Assembly (NCBI GenBank): GCA_002396005.1
Contig: DGVW01000052.1
Span: 9,148 to 73,147 of the forward strand
Direction of reading: 5' to 3'
Source of the DNA: Oribacterium sp. UBA4274
GTDB taxonomy: Bacteria; Bacillota; Clostridia; Lachnospirales; Lachnospiraceae
Length of the DNA stretch: 64,000 nucleotides
Shown here: positions 29,317 through 37,426 of the stretch, in pieces
Position numbering within the stretch: the first letter of the stretch is position 1
Layout of the letters: every line of letters starts with the position of its first letter
The notes under the pieces: model-generated
Databases searched by the model: none
Seen by the model: only the letters and a program-made list of their open reading frames with translations
What the model was told of the DNA's origin: nothing
Translations under genes and position numbers: made by a program

Positions 29317-31128
29317 TTAAGATGCTGCCTGAGTCTCCGTCTGTGGGTCCATAGGCATGCCATTCTGACCCATGTCCTGAGGGCGTCCCCCCTGACCTCT
29401 GCCGCCCATTTCCGGACCGCCATGAACACCCCGGCCTGCTGCATCATACATTCCTGATTCTCCCTGAGTACCGCTCATACCGGACGTATCCTCAGACTGA
29501 GACATATCCGGTGCACTCTGTTCACCATTCATCTCAGGTGCCCCCTGAGCGTCACCCCTTCCGGGACCACCCTGACCGCCTCTCATTCCGAAGCCGCCCT
29601 GGCCTCTGCCGCCCATCATCATATCACCGCTCGCTTCACCTATAGTGTTGGTGATACCATCGATAGTGACAGTTTCCTCCTGATCGCCGGTCTTTACGGT
29701 GTAAGCTTCTCCTTCCTTAAGTTCTGCACTTGAGTAGAGGAATACCGTAAAATTCTGTGTTGAATCATCATTCTCATAGATAACATTACCCTCACTGTCA
29801 CTAACCGTTATGGCGGTTCCCGCCTCCTGCTGCTCAGAATAGTAAACTACAATCTGCGGCTGTGTAGAATCCTCACTAAAGCTCTGGAACATACCGGATG
29901 CTCCTGTTAATGCAACTGTACCACCCTTGATGGAAGCGTTGCCGGTATAGTCAAGAGAGCCGTTGCCGCCCATCTCAGGTCCGTCAATATACACTTCACC
30001 GCCATTTACAATGAGATCTCCGTTGGAATCGAGGCCGTCTCCTGTCGCAATGACCAGAAGCTTACCGCCGTTGATAGTGATAGCCGCGCCATCCGTTGCC
30101 TCAAATGCTCCTCCTGAAGAATCCGCGCCACCAGCAGCATTGATTCCATCATCTGAAGACTTCAGGCTGATATCGCCACCGTTTATAGTGATAGCCAGAG
30201 CCTCCAGTCCTTCATAGGACTCGGTTATGTTGATAACACCGCCGTTGATAGTAAGATTGTTTTCCGCATGGATACCATCATCCGATGCTGTTATGGCAAA
30301 TGTTCCGTCACTGACAGTCACATCTCCCTTGGAATGCAGCGCATCCTCACCTGACTTTATCTCATAGCTTCCGGCCTGGATTTCAAGACTGTCTTTACCA
30401 TTGATACCATGCTCGGCTGCTGTAATGTCAAGAGTTACATCCTCTGATATGAGAACAGTGTCTTTTCCATGGATACCGTCACAATATCCTCCTTCCACTG
30501 TGAGTGTTCCTGTGCCGAGTATGATGAGATCTGATTTACTGTAAATTGCGGCGTCAGGGATCTCTGTGTCTGTTGACGAGGTTTCTGTTGTGTCTGCAGT
30601 GCCGCCTGTCTCCTCCTGAACGATGGCCGCGCGCTTATCGAGAACTGCATTATCCGTGCCCTCCATAAGCTCAATGGTAAAATCTCCGGAGGTCACAACG
30701 CTTATCGGCGCTGTCTCGCTGTTTGATATGTTGAAGCCGTCAAATATGAGTCTTACATCGTCCTTATCTCCGGCCTCTACAAGAATCTGTCCCTCCGAAA
30801 GCGTACCTGACAGTCTGTAGGTTCCTTGCTTTGTTATGGTTATGGTAGTGCCTTCCACCTTCACACTATCGGAATTGGTGCCGGAAACCTCCACCTCAGT
30901 TCCGTCTGCTTTGATGGATATTTCACCCTTTGATGATTCTGATTTTGAGGTATCCTCGGCCTCTGCCTCAACAGTTTGTGCCTCTGTTGTTTCCTCACTT
31001 ACAGTAGATGTACCGATTTTGGCACCTGCCCCCATGCACGCCGTACCCATTACCGAAACTGCGCAGGCAGCCGCTATTCCCGCTGCGATCCTTGTTGATA
31101 AACTGTTCATATATTTTTTATTAATCAT
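29317..31128 (-). CDS. Cthe_2159/DUF4353-type carbohydrate-binding beta-helix protein, probable lipoprotein
   Basis: Signal peptide ending MGTAC; ITI...GTY.LSG, repeated D(D)GI.A/DGLDSNG beta-helix rungs; Gly/Gln/Met-rich C-terminus. Confidence 0.85.
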   Translation of the reverse strand: MINKKYMNSLSTRIAAGIAAACAVSVMGTACMGAGAKIGTSTVSEETTEAQTVEAEAEDTSKSESSKGEISIKADGTEVEVSGTNSDSVKVEGTTITITKQGTYRLSGTLSEGQILVEAGDKDDVRLIFDGFNISNSETAPISVVTSGDFTIELMEGTDNAVLDKRAAIVQEETGGTADTTETSSTDTEIPDAAIYSKSDLIILGTGTLTVEGGYCDGIHGKDTVLISEDVTLDITAAEHGINGKDSLEIQAGSYEIKSGEDALHSKGDVTVSDGTFAITASDDGIHAENNLTINGGVINITESYEGLEALAITINGGDISLKSSDDGINAAGGADSSGGAFEATDGAAITINGGKLLVIATGDGLDSNGDLIVNGGEVYIDGPEMGGNGSLDYTGNASIKGGTVALTGASGMFQSFSEDSTQPQIVVYYSEQQEAGTAITVSDSEGNVIYENDDSTQNFTVFLYSSAELKEGEAYTVKTGDQEETVTIDGITNTIGEASGDMMMGGRGQGGFGMRGGQGGPGRGDAQGAPEMNGEQSAPDMSQSEDTSGMSGTQGESGMYDAAGRGVHGGPEMGGRGQGGRPQDMGQNGMPMDPQTETQAAS

Positions 31129-31174
31129 GGTAGTTCCTCATTTCTTTGATTAAATCTGCTATGTAAACTCATCC

Positions 31175-31843
31175 TTACAATGTCTCCATCTTTTCCGCAA
31201 CTCTTCCGCAGGTGATCTCAAGATTTCCGTTTCTTGTTCTGATGTCATCAATCATCCGTTTCTCATCTCTCAGATTTTTGAGTGTCAGCTGATAAACAAG
31301 CTCATATAAGGAGCCCATATTAACAGTTTTAACCTTGATAAGGCGTATGCCCTCTGCGTAAGTCGCAAAAATATCATCAAAAATATCTGTATAGTCAAGA
31401 CTCTCAGGAATCACAACCTTTAATTCTCTTTCAAGCTCCTTGCCGTTTCCTATAGGTGAAGTAACTATCGCAACAGATACTACGCCGACTATAACGGTGA
31501 GTATACCTGCCATCATTATGTATCCCATGCCTGTTGCAAGTCCCACCGCCATGGCGAGAAATATGGATGCGATCTCACGGCTGTTGCCCGGCAACGAACG
31601 AAATCTCACGAGAGAAAATGCGCCCATGACTGCTACTCCGGTTCCGACATTACCATTGACCAGCATGATAACCGACTGAACAATCGCCGGGAGCAGTACC
31701 AGTGTAATGATAAAGTTTTTACTGTAATGATTGCGGTAGCTGTGAAATGCCGCCACTACTGCGCCAAGTGCCAGTGAAATCACTAAGCAAATGATAAATG
31801 TCTCTGTTGTTGCTCCTGTATCGTATAATATTGACTCTAACAT
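31175..31843 (-). CDS. DUF4956 membrane protein
   Basis: YSKNF..TL, GVAVMGAFSLVRFRS.PG, F.AMAVGLATG, C-terminal soluble domain ending R.RNGNL. Confidence 0.88.
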   Translation of the reverse strand: MLESILYDTGATTETFIICLVISLALGAVVAAFHSYRNHYSKNFIITLVLLPAIVQSVIMLVNGNVGTGVAVMGAFSLVRFRSLPGNSREIASIFLAMAVGLATGMGYIMMAGILTVIVGVVSVAIVTSPIGNGKELERELKVVIPESLDYTDIFDDIFATYAEGIRLIKVKTVNMGSLYELVYQLTLKNLRDEKRMIDDIRTRNGNLEITCGRVAEKMETL

Positions 31844-31947
31844 ATCTGACCTCCAAAAATATTATATATGTTGACTTATCCTGAAAATGATTTTAAAAAT
31901 CTACCGTAGTTTACATAATGTAAGTATTGACCCTGTCCGCCTCCGGA

Positions 31948-32754
31948 TTAGGCCATAGCCCGTCTCACAACCTCATGCGCCTGTTTGTGATTGCCGGAAA
32001 GTTCCCATGCGTTCCGCTGTCTCATGGCGATGATCCTTGCTTTCTGTCCAACACTTTCTGCGAAATGCTTCTGATAGTAGGTTCCGTATTTTGAAAACGA
32101 AATCATATTGATCTTGAGTTTTGCAAATGTCTCTGCCATCCAGATAGGCATCGCCCCGGGAATCTTGACCTCCATCAGCACCTCGTTGTCTCTAATGATA
32201 CGGTCTCCACGGTCACCGTGTGTTAGTTCCAGGTCATCCTCTCTGGCCCTTATGTTCATATCAAAGGTGAGTCTCAGATCATTGTCTTCATTTCCATGTA
32301 ATGCTACTCTGTCATAAGCTATAAAAGCCTTTGGCTTCAGGTCATAGAAGTTCTTTGCATAATCAATTTCTTTCAGAATCTGAACATTTGCAAAATCTGA
32401 TTTTGATACCGGCCGGATGTTGTTGTAAAGATAATCTCTGGCCTCAGACATTTTCATGCCGATTCTACGCTTGTAGACTATCCCGCCATATTTCTTTTTT
32501 AACTCGAGGTATACCTCCTGATCATCGGTTGGAATACCGTAGGATCTCAGCCTCAATTTTTCTTTATACTTAGGTTTTTCAAGGGAATTACGGATAAGCT
32601 GAAAGTTATCTGTATCAAAATATATATTGCAGATTGTATAATTGGTGAATTTGTCCGGAGACATATATCTGTCAAGAACCGGCTGAAGTCTGTCAAACTG
32701 CTCTCCGGTCAGCATGAATTTCTTCTCGATTCTTTCAAAAATCTGTTGTGCCAT
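31948..32754 (-). CDS. VTC/CYTH-like polyphosphate polymerase domain protein
   Basis: R.EKKF, IYFDT, KEKLRLRSYG, ELKKK...KRR, YDR, RLTFD, EVK, FSKY; GGAGG RBS. Confidence 0.9.
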   Translation of the reverse strand: MAQQIFERIEKKFMLTGEQFDRLQPVLDRYMSPDKFTNYTICNIYFDTDNFQLIRNSLEKPKYKEKLRLRSYGIPTDDQEVYLELKKKYGGIVYKRRIGMKMSEARDYLYNNIRPVSKSDFANVQILKEIDYAKNFYDLKPKAFIAYDRVALHGNEDNDLRLTFDMNIRAREDDLELTHGDRGDRIIRDNEVLMEVKIPGAMPIWMAETFAKLKINMISFSKYGTYYQKHFAESVGQKARIIAMRQRNAWELSGNHKQAHEVVRRAMA

Positions 32755-32782
32755 GTGTGTCACCTCCTCTTTGGATGGTCAT

Positions 32783-32815
32783 ATCATACATGGCTAAACT
32801 GAAACTTCGCTGAAA
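32783..32815 (-). promoter_or_regulatory. promoter with tandem direct repeat (candidate OmpR/PhoB-family box)
   Basis: Minus strand TTTCAG-CGAAG-TTTCAG-10 nt-TATGAT. Confidence 0.6.
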
Positions 32816-32920
32816 AGCGTTTTAGAGAAATGTGTAAATTCTGTGAAGAATTGTTTTTGCAGGTTATGATGCAGCACCTGAAGTATGTAATGATTCATCA
32901 GCTCATTAACCGCAGATTAT

Positions 32921-32964
32921 AAAAAAACGAACAGATCCGTTGACCGGAAATCTGTTCGCTTTTT
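32921..32964 (-). terminator. intrinsic terminator after the esterase-like gene
   Basis: CGAACAGAT...ATCTGTTCG stem with flanking A7/T5 tracts. Confidence 0.75.
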
Positions 32965-33002
32965 GATTGCCATAAAATGACATAGTATTAAATTTATTTT
33001 CG

Positions 33003-33764
33003 TCAGTGAACTGACTGTTTATCCCCCAGAACATAAGGAAGGAAATAAATCATCTGTTTGCTCCACCAGGACCAGTCATGGTTTACATCAAAGCCCCAAT
33101 AGTCACACCAGGCATTGATACTTTTCTTGATGAATATCCTCTCCAAATCTCTGAGTGTACGCACTCCATCAAACTCCTGAGCACCCTGTCCAACGCAGAA
33201 TACCATCTTTTTATCATTGTACATCTTGATGTAAGGATGATCCGGAGCCATATTCTCAAGAAATCTTTCCGGTGCATTATCATACAGATTACTATCCATA
33301 TAGTCATCAAAGAAAAATCTCACATCATAGAGACCCGAAAAAGCCATAACAGCCTGGAAAAGATCCGGCCGGCGCAGAAATACTATAGCAGCTTCATTGG
33401 CGCCAAGATTGGTACCGGTAACTATAGGAAGCTTTTTGGACCGATTTTTCTTTTTTATAAATGGAAGCACTTCCTCAATTATATACTGATAGTAGCTTTC
33501 CTGTCTTGCTGTTCTCCACGAATCGATACCATTCTCACATGACCAGCTCTCAGTATCAACAGAATCAACTGTGAACAGCTGTACACGTCCGTCCTCCAGA
33601 TACTCCTTAAGATTGTCAACCATCCCATGTTTCTCCCAGTCATCGGACATACAGTTGGCCATAGGAAATGCTAACATCGGAACACCCTTTTTACCATAAA
33701 CTCTGACCGTCATATCCTTGTCCAGCTGTTCGCTATGCCAGGTAAACTGTTCTTGCTTTATCAT
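33003..33764 (-). CDS. alpha/beta-hydrolase (putative esterase family) protein with Asn at the nucleophile position
   Basis: YG..G.P...FP, VDSVD.ESW, GTNLGA in place of GxSxG, SGLYD, WGFDVNHDW.WW. Confidence 0.8.
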   Translation of the reverse strand: MIKQEQFTWHSEQLDKDMTVRVYGKKGVPMLAFPMANCMSDDWEKHGMVDNLKEYLEDGRVQLFTVDSVDTESWSCENGIDSWRTARQESYYQYIIEEVLPFIKKKNRSKKLPIVTGTNLGANEAAIVFLRRPDLFQAVMAFSGLYDVRFFFDDYMDSNLYDNAPERFLENMAPDHPYIKMYNDKKMVFCVGQGAQEFDGVRTLRDLERIFIKKSINAWCDYWGFDVNHDWSWWSKQMIYFLPYVLGDKQSVH

Positions 33765-33927
33765 GGGTTCCTCCTATGTATCAATATTGTCATTATATTA
33801 AGTCACGTTCAATGCATAAAATCCATGCCAATTAATTAACAGGATTATACCACGTTATATGTATATAGAACACTTTTATTGATAAGTTTTGAGGAAAACT
33901 CTATTTATTATTTTTTACCATCAGCAA

Positions 33928-34734
33928 TCAGCGATTCTCTGTTATCTTGTTAATGCTCCAGGCTTTGATATTGACAGCCTCCAGAGCCGTTCCGCAATAT
34001 TCACACATCTTGACTCCAAGCATCTTGACCGGTGCACCACAATTAGGACATGTATAGCCTATCATCTTGCCCTGTAACTTTTCTGCATTCTGTACATAAA
34101 CAAGCTCTGTCCGAAACACTGATTGTATCTTGATCATTTTGGACGACTTGGATAACTCACCGTTTCTTCCGGCTTTTCCTTTGACTGCCACATCCACCAT
34201 ACGTTCATAGCTGACAGATGTCTCCGTGCGGATAGTGCACAATCCTTCCTCACGATCATACCCGGAAATCACTGTACGATATGCATGTCTGTCTTTAAAT
34301 TCGAGTTCATGCTCAAAATAAGGCTTGTTGTTAACGAGGCTGCCATGATTAGAGATCATCTGTTCAACCTCACGTTTTATCATAGGATAATCCCTGACAA
34401 GTTCAGGATCTCTTTCTTCAATGGCCTGAAGCTTTTTGAGAACTGCATCCTGAACCCTCACCTTCCATTCATTCCAGTTAAACTCCGGAAAATCTCTCTC
34501 GATTCTTGGGAGACAGAGGGATTCCATTGATGAAAGCGACTTAGGTGTTGCAGTAACCTCGCTTTCATCCACTACGCCCTCACCGTTAACTATGGCCTTG
34601 GCGATAGTCTCTATGGCCTGTCCCATAAGGGATCTGCGAAATAACTTTATACGAACTGTAATATAAGATGCTATGAGTGCAAAGACCAAAAGAAAAAGTA
34701 CCGGTCCCAATATCGCTCCTAAATCTATATTCAT
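33928..34734 (-). CDS. hypothetical membrane-anchored protein with C-terminal zinc ribbon
   Basis: N-terminal TM; CPNCGAP...CEYCG. Confidence 0.75.
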   Translation of the reverse strand: MNIDLGAILGPVLFLLVFALIASYITVRIKLFRRSLMGQAIETIAKAIVNGEGVVDESEVTATPKSLSSMESLCLPRIERDFPEFNWNEWKVRVQDAVLKKLQAIEERDPELVRDYPMIKREVEQMISNHGSLVNNKPYFEHELEFKDRHAYRTVISGYDREEGLCTIRTETSVSYERMVDVAVKGKAGRNGELSKSSKMIKIQSVFRTELVYVQNAEKLQGKMIGYTCPNCGAPVKMLGVKMCEYCGTALEAVNIKAWSINKITENR

Positions 34735-34760
34735 TTATCCCCCTTGACTTTATTGCCCGA

Positions 34761-34789
34761 AAAAAGTGCACCCCCGACTGAGGATGCAC
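34761..34789 (-). terminator. probable terminator after the NlpC/P60 gene
   Basis: GTGCATCCTC-AGTC-GGGGGTGCAC followed by TTTTT on the minus strand. Confidence 0.65.
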
Positions 34790-34796
34790 CTGAAAT

Positions 34797-35444
34797 TTAC
34801 CAATATCTTCCGATAGCAGCTATATGTGTATAATGCATAGCTCTGGTTCCCGAATCCTCAAAAACCCATCCTCTTCTGCTGTTAGTAGCATGAACTATAG
34901 AGTGATCACCTGTATATATAGCTACATGTGATACTGAGCCAATGCTTCCGCCGTAAAATATAAGATCCCCCGGCATCATCTCTGCCTCGGAAACATACTT
35001 CGGTGCACTCATGGCCTGCTCTCTTGAAGTTCTCGGAAGCGACATACCGAACTCTCGGAAAACCGCCTGTACAAAACCGGAACAGTCGGCCGGGCCGCTC
35101 AAAGTATTGCCGGTTCCATATCTCAATACACCTGCTCCCACATACTGTCTTGCAAAATTGACGATGTCTTTTCTTCCGTTAATCTGATCCGTATTAGTGC
35201 TGACACAGCCGGTACTCTCCATGCCATCTCCCAAATAGATTGCCAGATCTCCTGTGCCATTCACACTATCGTAAGCCAATGAAAAATTTCCTTCATCATT
35301 GTAATAATATGCCTCGGATACTCCATCTCCGTTGGCATCCATCCATGTCAGCTCATAATCATCTGCAAATGCTACGCCTGCTGCTGTAATTGCAAGCACT
35401 GCAGTGACTATGATTCCCTTCAGTATTCCCTTAATTGTTTTCAT
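34797..35444 (-). CDS. secreted NlpC/P60 (C40) cell-wall peptidase
   Basis: Signal peptide (AFA); DCSGFV, LPRTS..Q, PGDLIFY, HVAIY, VHA catalytic Cys-His-His. Confidence 0.92.
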   Translation of the reverse strand: MKTIKGILKGIIVTAVLAITAAGVAFADDYELTWMDANGDGVSEAYYYNDEGNFSLAYDSVNGTGDLAIYLGDGMESTGCVSTNTDQINGRKDIVNFARQYVGAGVLRYGTGNTLSGPADCSGFVQAVFREFGMSLPRTSREQAMSAPKYVSEAEMMPGDLIFYGGSIGSVSHVAIYTGDHSIVHATNSRRGWVFEDSGTRAMHYTHIAAIGRYW

Positions 35445-35537
35445 AATTTCCCTTAAATATTATACATTTTTCCCTTGAAATTAACTTTTTTCGCATGCGA
35501 CTTGTCTAGTTTAACCCAAAACGGTATATTTTGGCAA

Positions 35538-35576
35538 CAAAAAAATCCTGATTCCTCGCATCTGGAACCAGGATTT
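35538..35576 (-). terminator. terminator downstream of tRNA-Thr
   Basis: AATCCTGGTTCC-loop-GGAATCAGGATT followed by a T tract on the minus strand. Confidence 0.8.
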
Positions 35577-35655
35577 GTCTTCGGTAATATTCACTTTACG
35601 ATTTAACGGTCGCCGGAATAGAATCCGACAGTACTGCTGTCACAAGAGAATATCA

Positions 35656-35728
35656 AGCTACTGACCGGGATCGAACCGGTGACCTTCTGATTACGAATCA
35701 GATGCACTACCGACTGTGCTACAGTAGC
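35656..35728 (-). tRNA. tRNA-Thr(CGT)
   Basis: GCTACTG/CAGTAGC acceptor stem, anticodon arm TCTGA-TTCGTAA-TCAGA, T arm ACCGG-TTCGATC-CCGGT; 73 nt. Confidence 0.96.
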
Positions 35729-35773
35729 ATATACTTACAAATCACATATACTCAATTAATCAACACGTCCATA

Positions 35774-35802
35774 AGTTTACAAATTTTAAAAGGGCTTGTC
35801 AA
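35774..35802 (-). promoter_or_regulatory. sigma-A promoter of tRNA-Thr
   Basis: TTGACA-17 nt-TAAACT on the minus strand. Confidence 0.8.
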
Positions 35803-35810
35803 CCACAGAA

Positions 35811-35877
35811 TAGGGACTGCATTCCTAGGACCCACTGATTATATCAGTGGATCCTCAAAGCCCCCAACGTCTCCCTA
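35811..35877. repeat. nested inverted repeat / hairpin element
   Basis: Outer TAGGGA...TCCCTA enclosing the 13-bp stem AGGACCCACTGAT-TAT-ATCAGTGGATCCT. Confidence 0.6.
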
Positions 35878-35907
35878 AATAATTTTGAAAATGTTTCTTA
35901 CTATATC

Positions 35908-37278
35908 TCAGCCCGCAGGATTGAACAATACAGTAGGAACACTGTTTACACTCTTACAGTAGTTATTGAACTCAGTTTCTGTTATCTCTGCAGTTCCTGA
36001 AACATCGACTGCATAGAATGTTCCTTCCTTGGCATTCTCTACCAAAGTATGATCCTCTACTCCGCCTACAGGAATGACTCTGCGACTTTCAGCATCAAAA
36101 TTATACTTAAGAAGATAATGATCATCAGTACAGTACAGACCCGTAGCATCAAATCTGATAGGATATCCCTCAAGCGGACTTTCTATCTCACCCACAAGAT
36201 AAATGAGATTGCCTATCGGATAACACACGTTAGCTTTTGTAGCTGTACGGTCAGAATTGACCTCATCTGTAACAAGAAGAATCGGATACTGCAGTCCGGT
36301 ATCAATCTCTGTGTAGTACTGTCCCGGGACAAGTGTTGAAAGGTAATAGTCATAAACATCGACCTTACTGAGATTCTCCGTCACATCAAGTTCACTGCCG
36401 GTGGAAACACCCTTAAAGTTGAAAGCCGTGACAACCAGTCCGCTTGAATCAGGTCCAAACCAAACATCACCATCTCCGAGCATTACTCCCCGGGCAGTTG
36501 CAAGCATATCTCTGCAGTCTTCCCTGGCAACTCTCTTCTTGAAGGACTCAGGAAAACCATACTGTTCCAGACGATTTAACAATGTTGCCTCATCGTTATA
36601 ATAATTATCATCAATTCTAAATGGATACTTCGCCTTCTCCACAATACTCTCAAAATCATCATGCAGAATTTCAATACGAAGATTTCTTGCAAAATTTTCG
36701 ACAGTTTCATCATCAAGAGTTATGCCGGCGATATCGTAAGTATTCCCGTCATTCAAAACATGCTTTGCATTGACAGACGCATCGGTATATCCATCAGTAC
36801 GATTGTATGTATCCGCCATCATAAGATCTGCCTTAAGTTCTATCCCCTTGTCTGTAAGATTGAACTCGACTCCTCCAAGTCCGTACTTAGGATCCATAGT
36901 TGCTTTTCTTGCATCATTCTTGTCGATATTAAGCTTGTAATCCTTTTCCGTCCAACCGTCTTCACTGTATGAAACAAGTGTAATATTCAATGATGATTCA
37001 TCTGCACCTGTAACGGTGATGCTTTTTCCGTCCGCTGCCTGATAATTGCCAATCCACTTGATATCCTGATTGCTCTTGGAATCAGCCCCCTCAGTTTCAT
37101 CCTGAACCTCCGCTTTAGTTTCGGTTTCATCCACTGTCTTACTTTCCACGGCTGCTTCAGATGCAGCCTCTGTTTCTGCCGCTGTAGTTTCGGCAACCTT
37201 GGCATTGTTACCGCATCCTGTCACAAAAAGAGAAACTGCCATCCCGGCTCCAACTATGTTTCTAACTACTCGTCTCAT
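35908..37278 (-). CDS. hypothetical lipoprotein
   Basis: Lipobox FVTGC after a basic/hydrophobic signal; ET-rich linker; multi-domain. Confidence 0.8.
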   Translation of the reverse strand: MRRVVRNIVGAGMAVSLFVTGCGNNAKVAETTAAETEAASEAAVESKTVDETETKAEVQDETEGADSKSNQDIKWIGNYQAADGKSITVTGADESSLNITLVSYSEDGWTEKDYKLNIDKNDARKATMDPKYGLGGVEFNLTDKGIELKADLMMADTYNRTDGYTDASVNAKHVLNDGNTYDIAGITLDDETVENFARNLRIEILHDDFESIVEKAKYPFRIDDNYYNDEATLLNRLEQYGFPESFKKRVAREDCRDMLATARGVMLGDGDVWFGPDSSGLVVTAFNFKGVSTGSELDVTENLSKVDVYDYYLSTLVPGQYYTEIDTGLQYPILLVTDEVNSDRTATKANVCYPIGNLIYLVGEIESPLEGYPIRFDATGLYCTDDHYLLKYNFDAESRRVIPVGGVEDHTLVENAKEGTFYAVDVSGTAEITETEFNNYCKSVNSVPTVLFNPAG

Positions 37279-37426
37279 AAAAAACCTCTCTGATTTTAAT
37301 CTTTATGAACCACACTCTATGATACTAGTTACTATTGTAAATTCTTTTTCCGGATTTCTCTATAAAGAAGTTACATTACCCGCGAATATATTCTATACAA
37401 ACCAAAGAAACGCCTGACTTACGGAA

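Noticed and set aside
35445-35655. c-di-AMP (ydaO) riboswitch upstream of the NlpC/P60 gene
   Set aside because: Context was suggestive, but conserved ydaO segments (GCUGAAUCC, GGAACC, GGGGUUAAUC-like) were not found in order; the hairpin fits the tRNA terminator
35656-35728. tRNA genes as integration sites for an island
   Set aside because: No integrase and no duplicated tRNA 3' end seen for either tRNA
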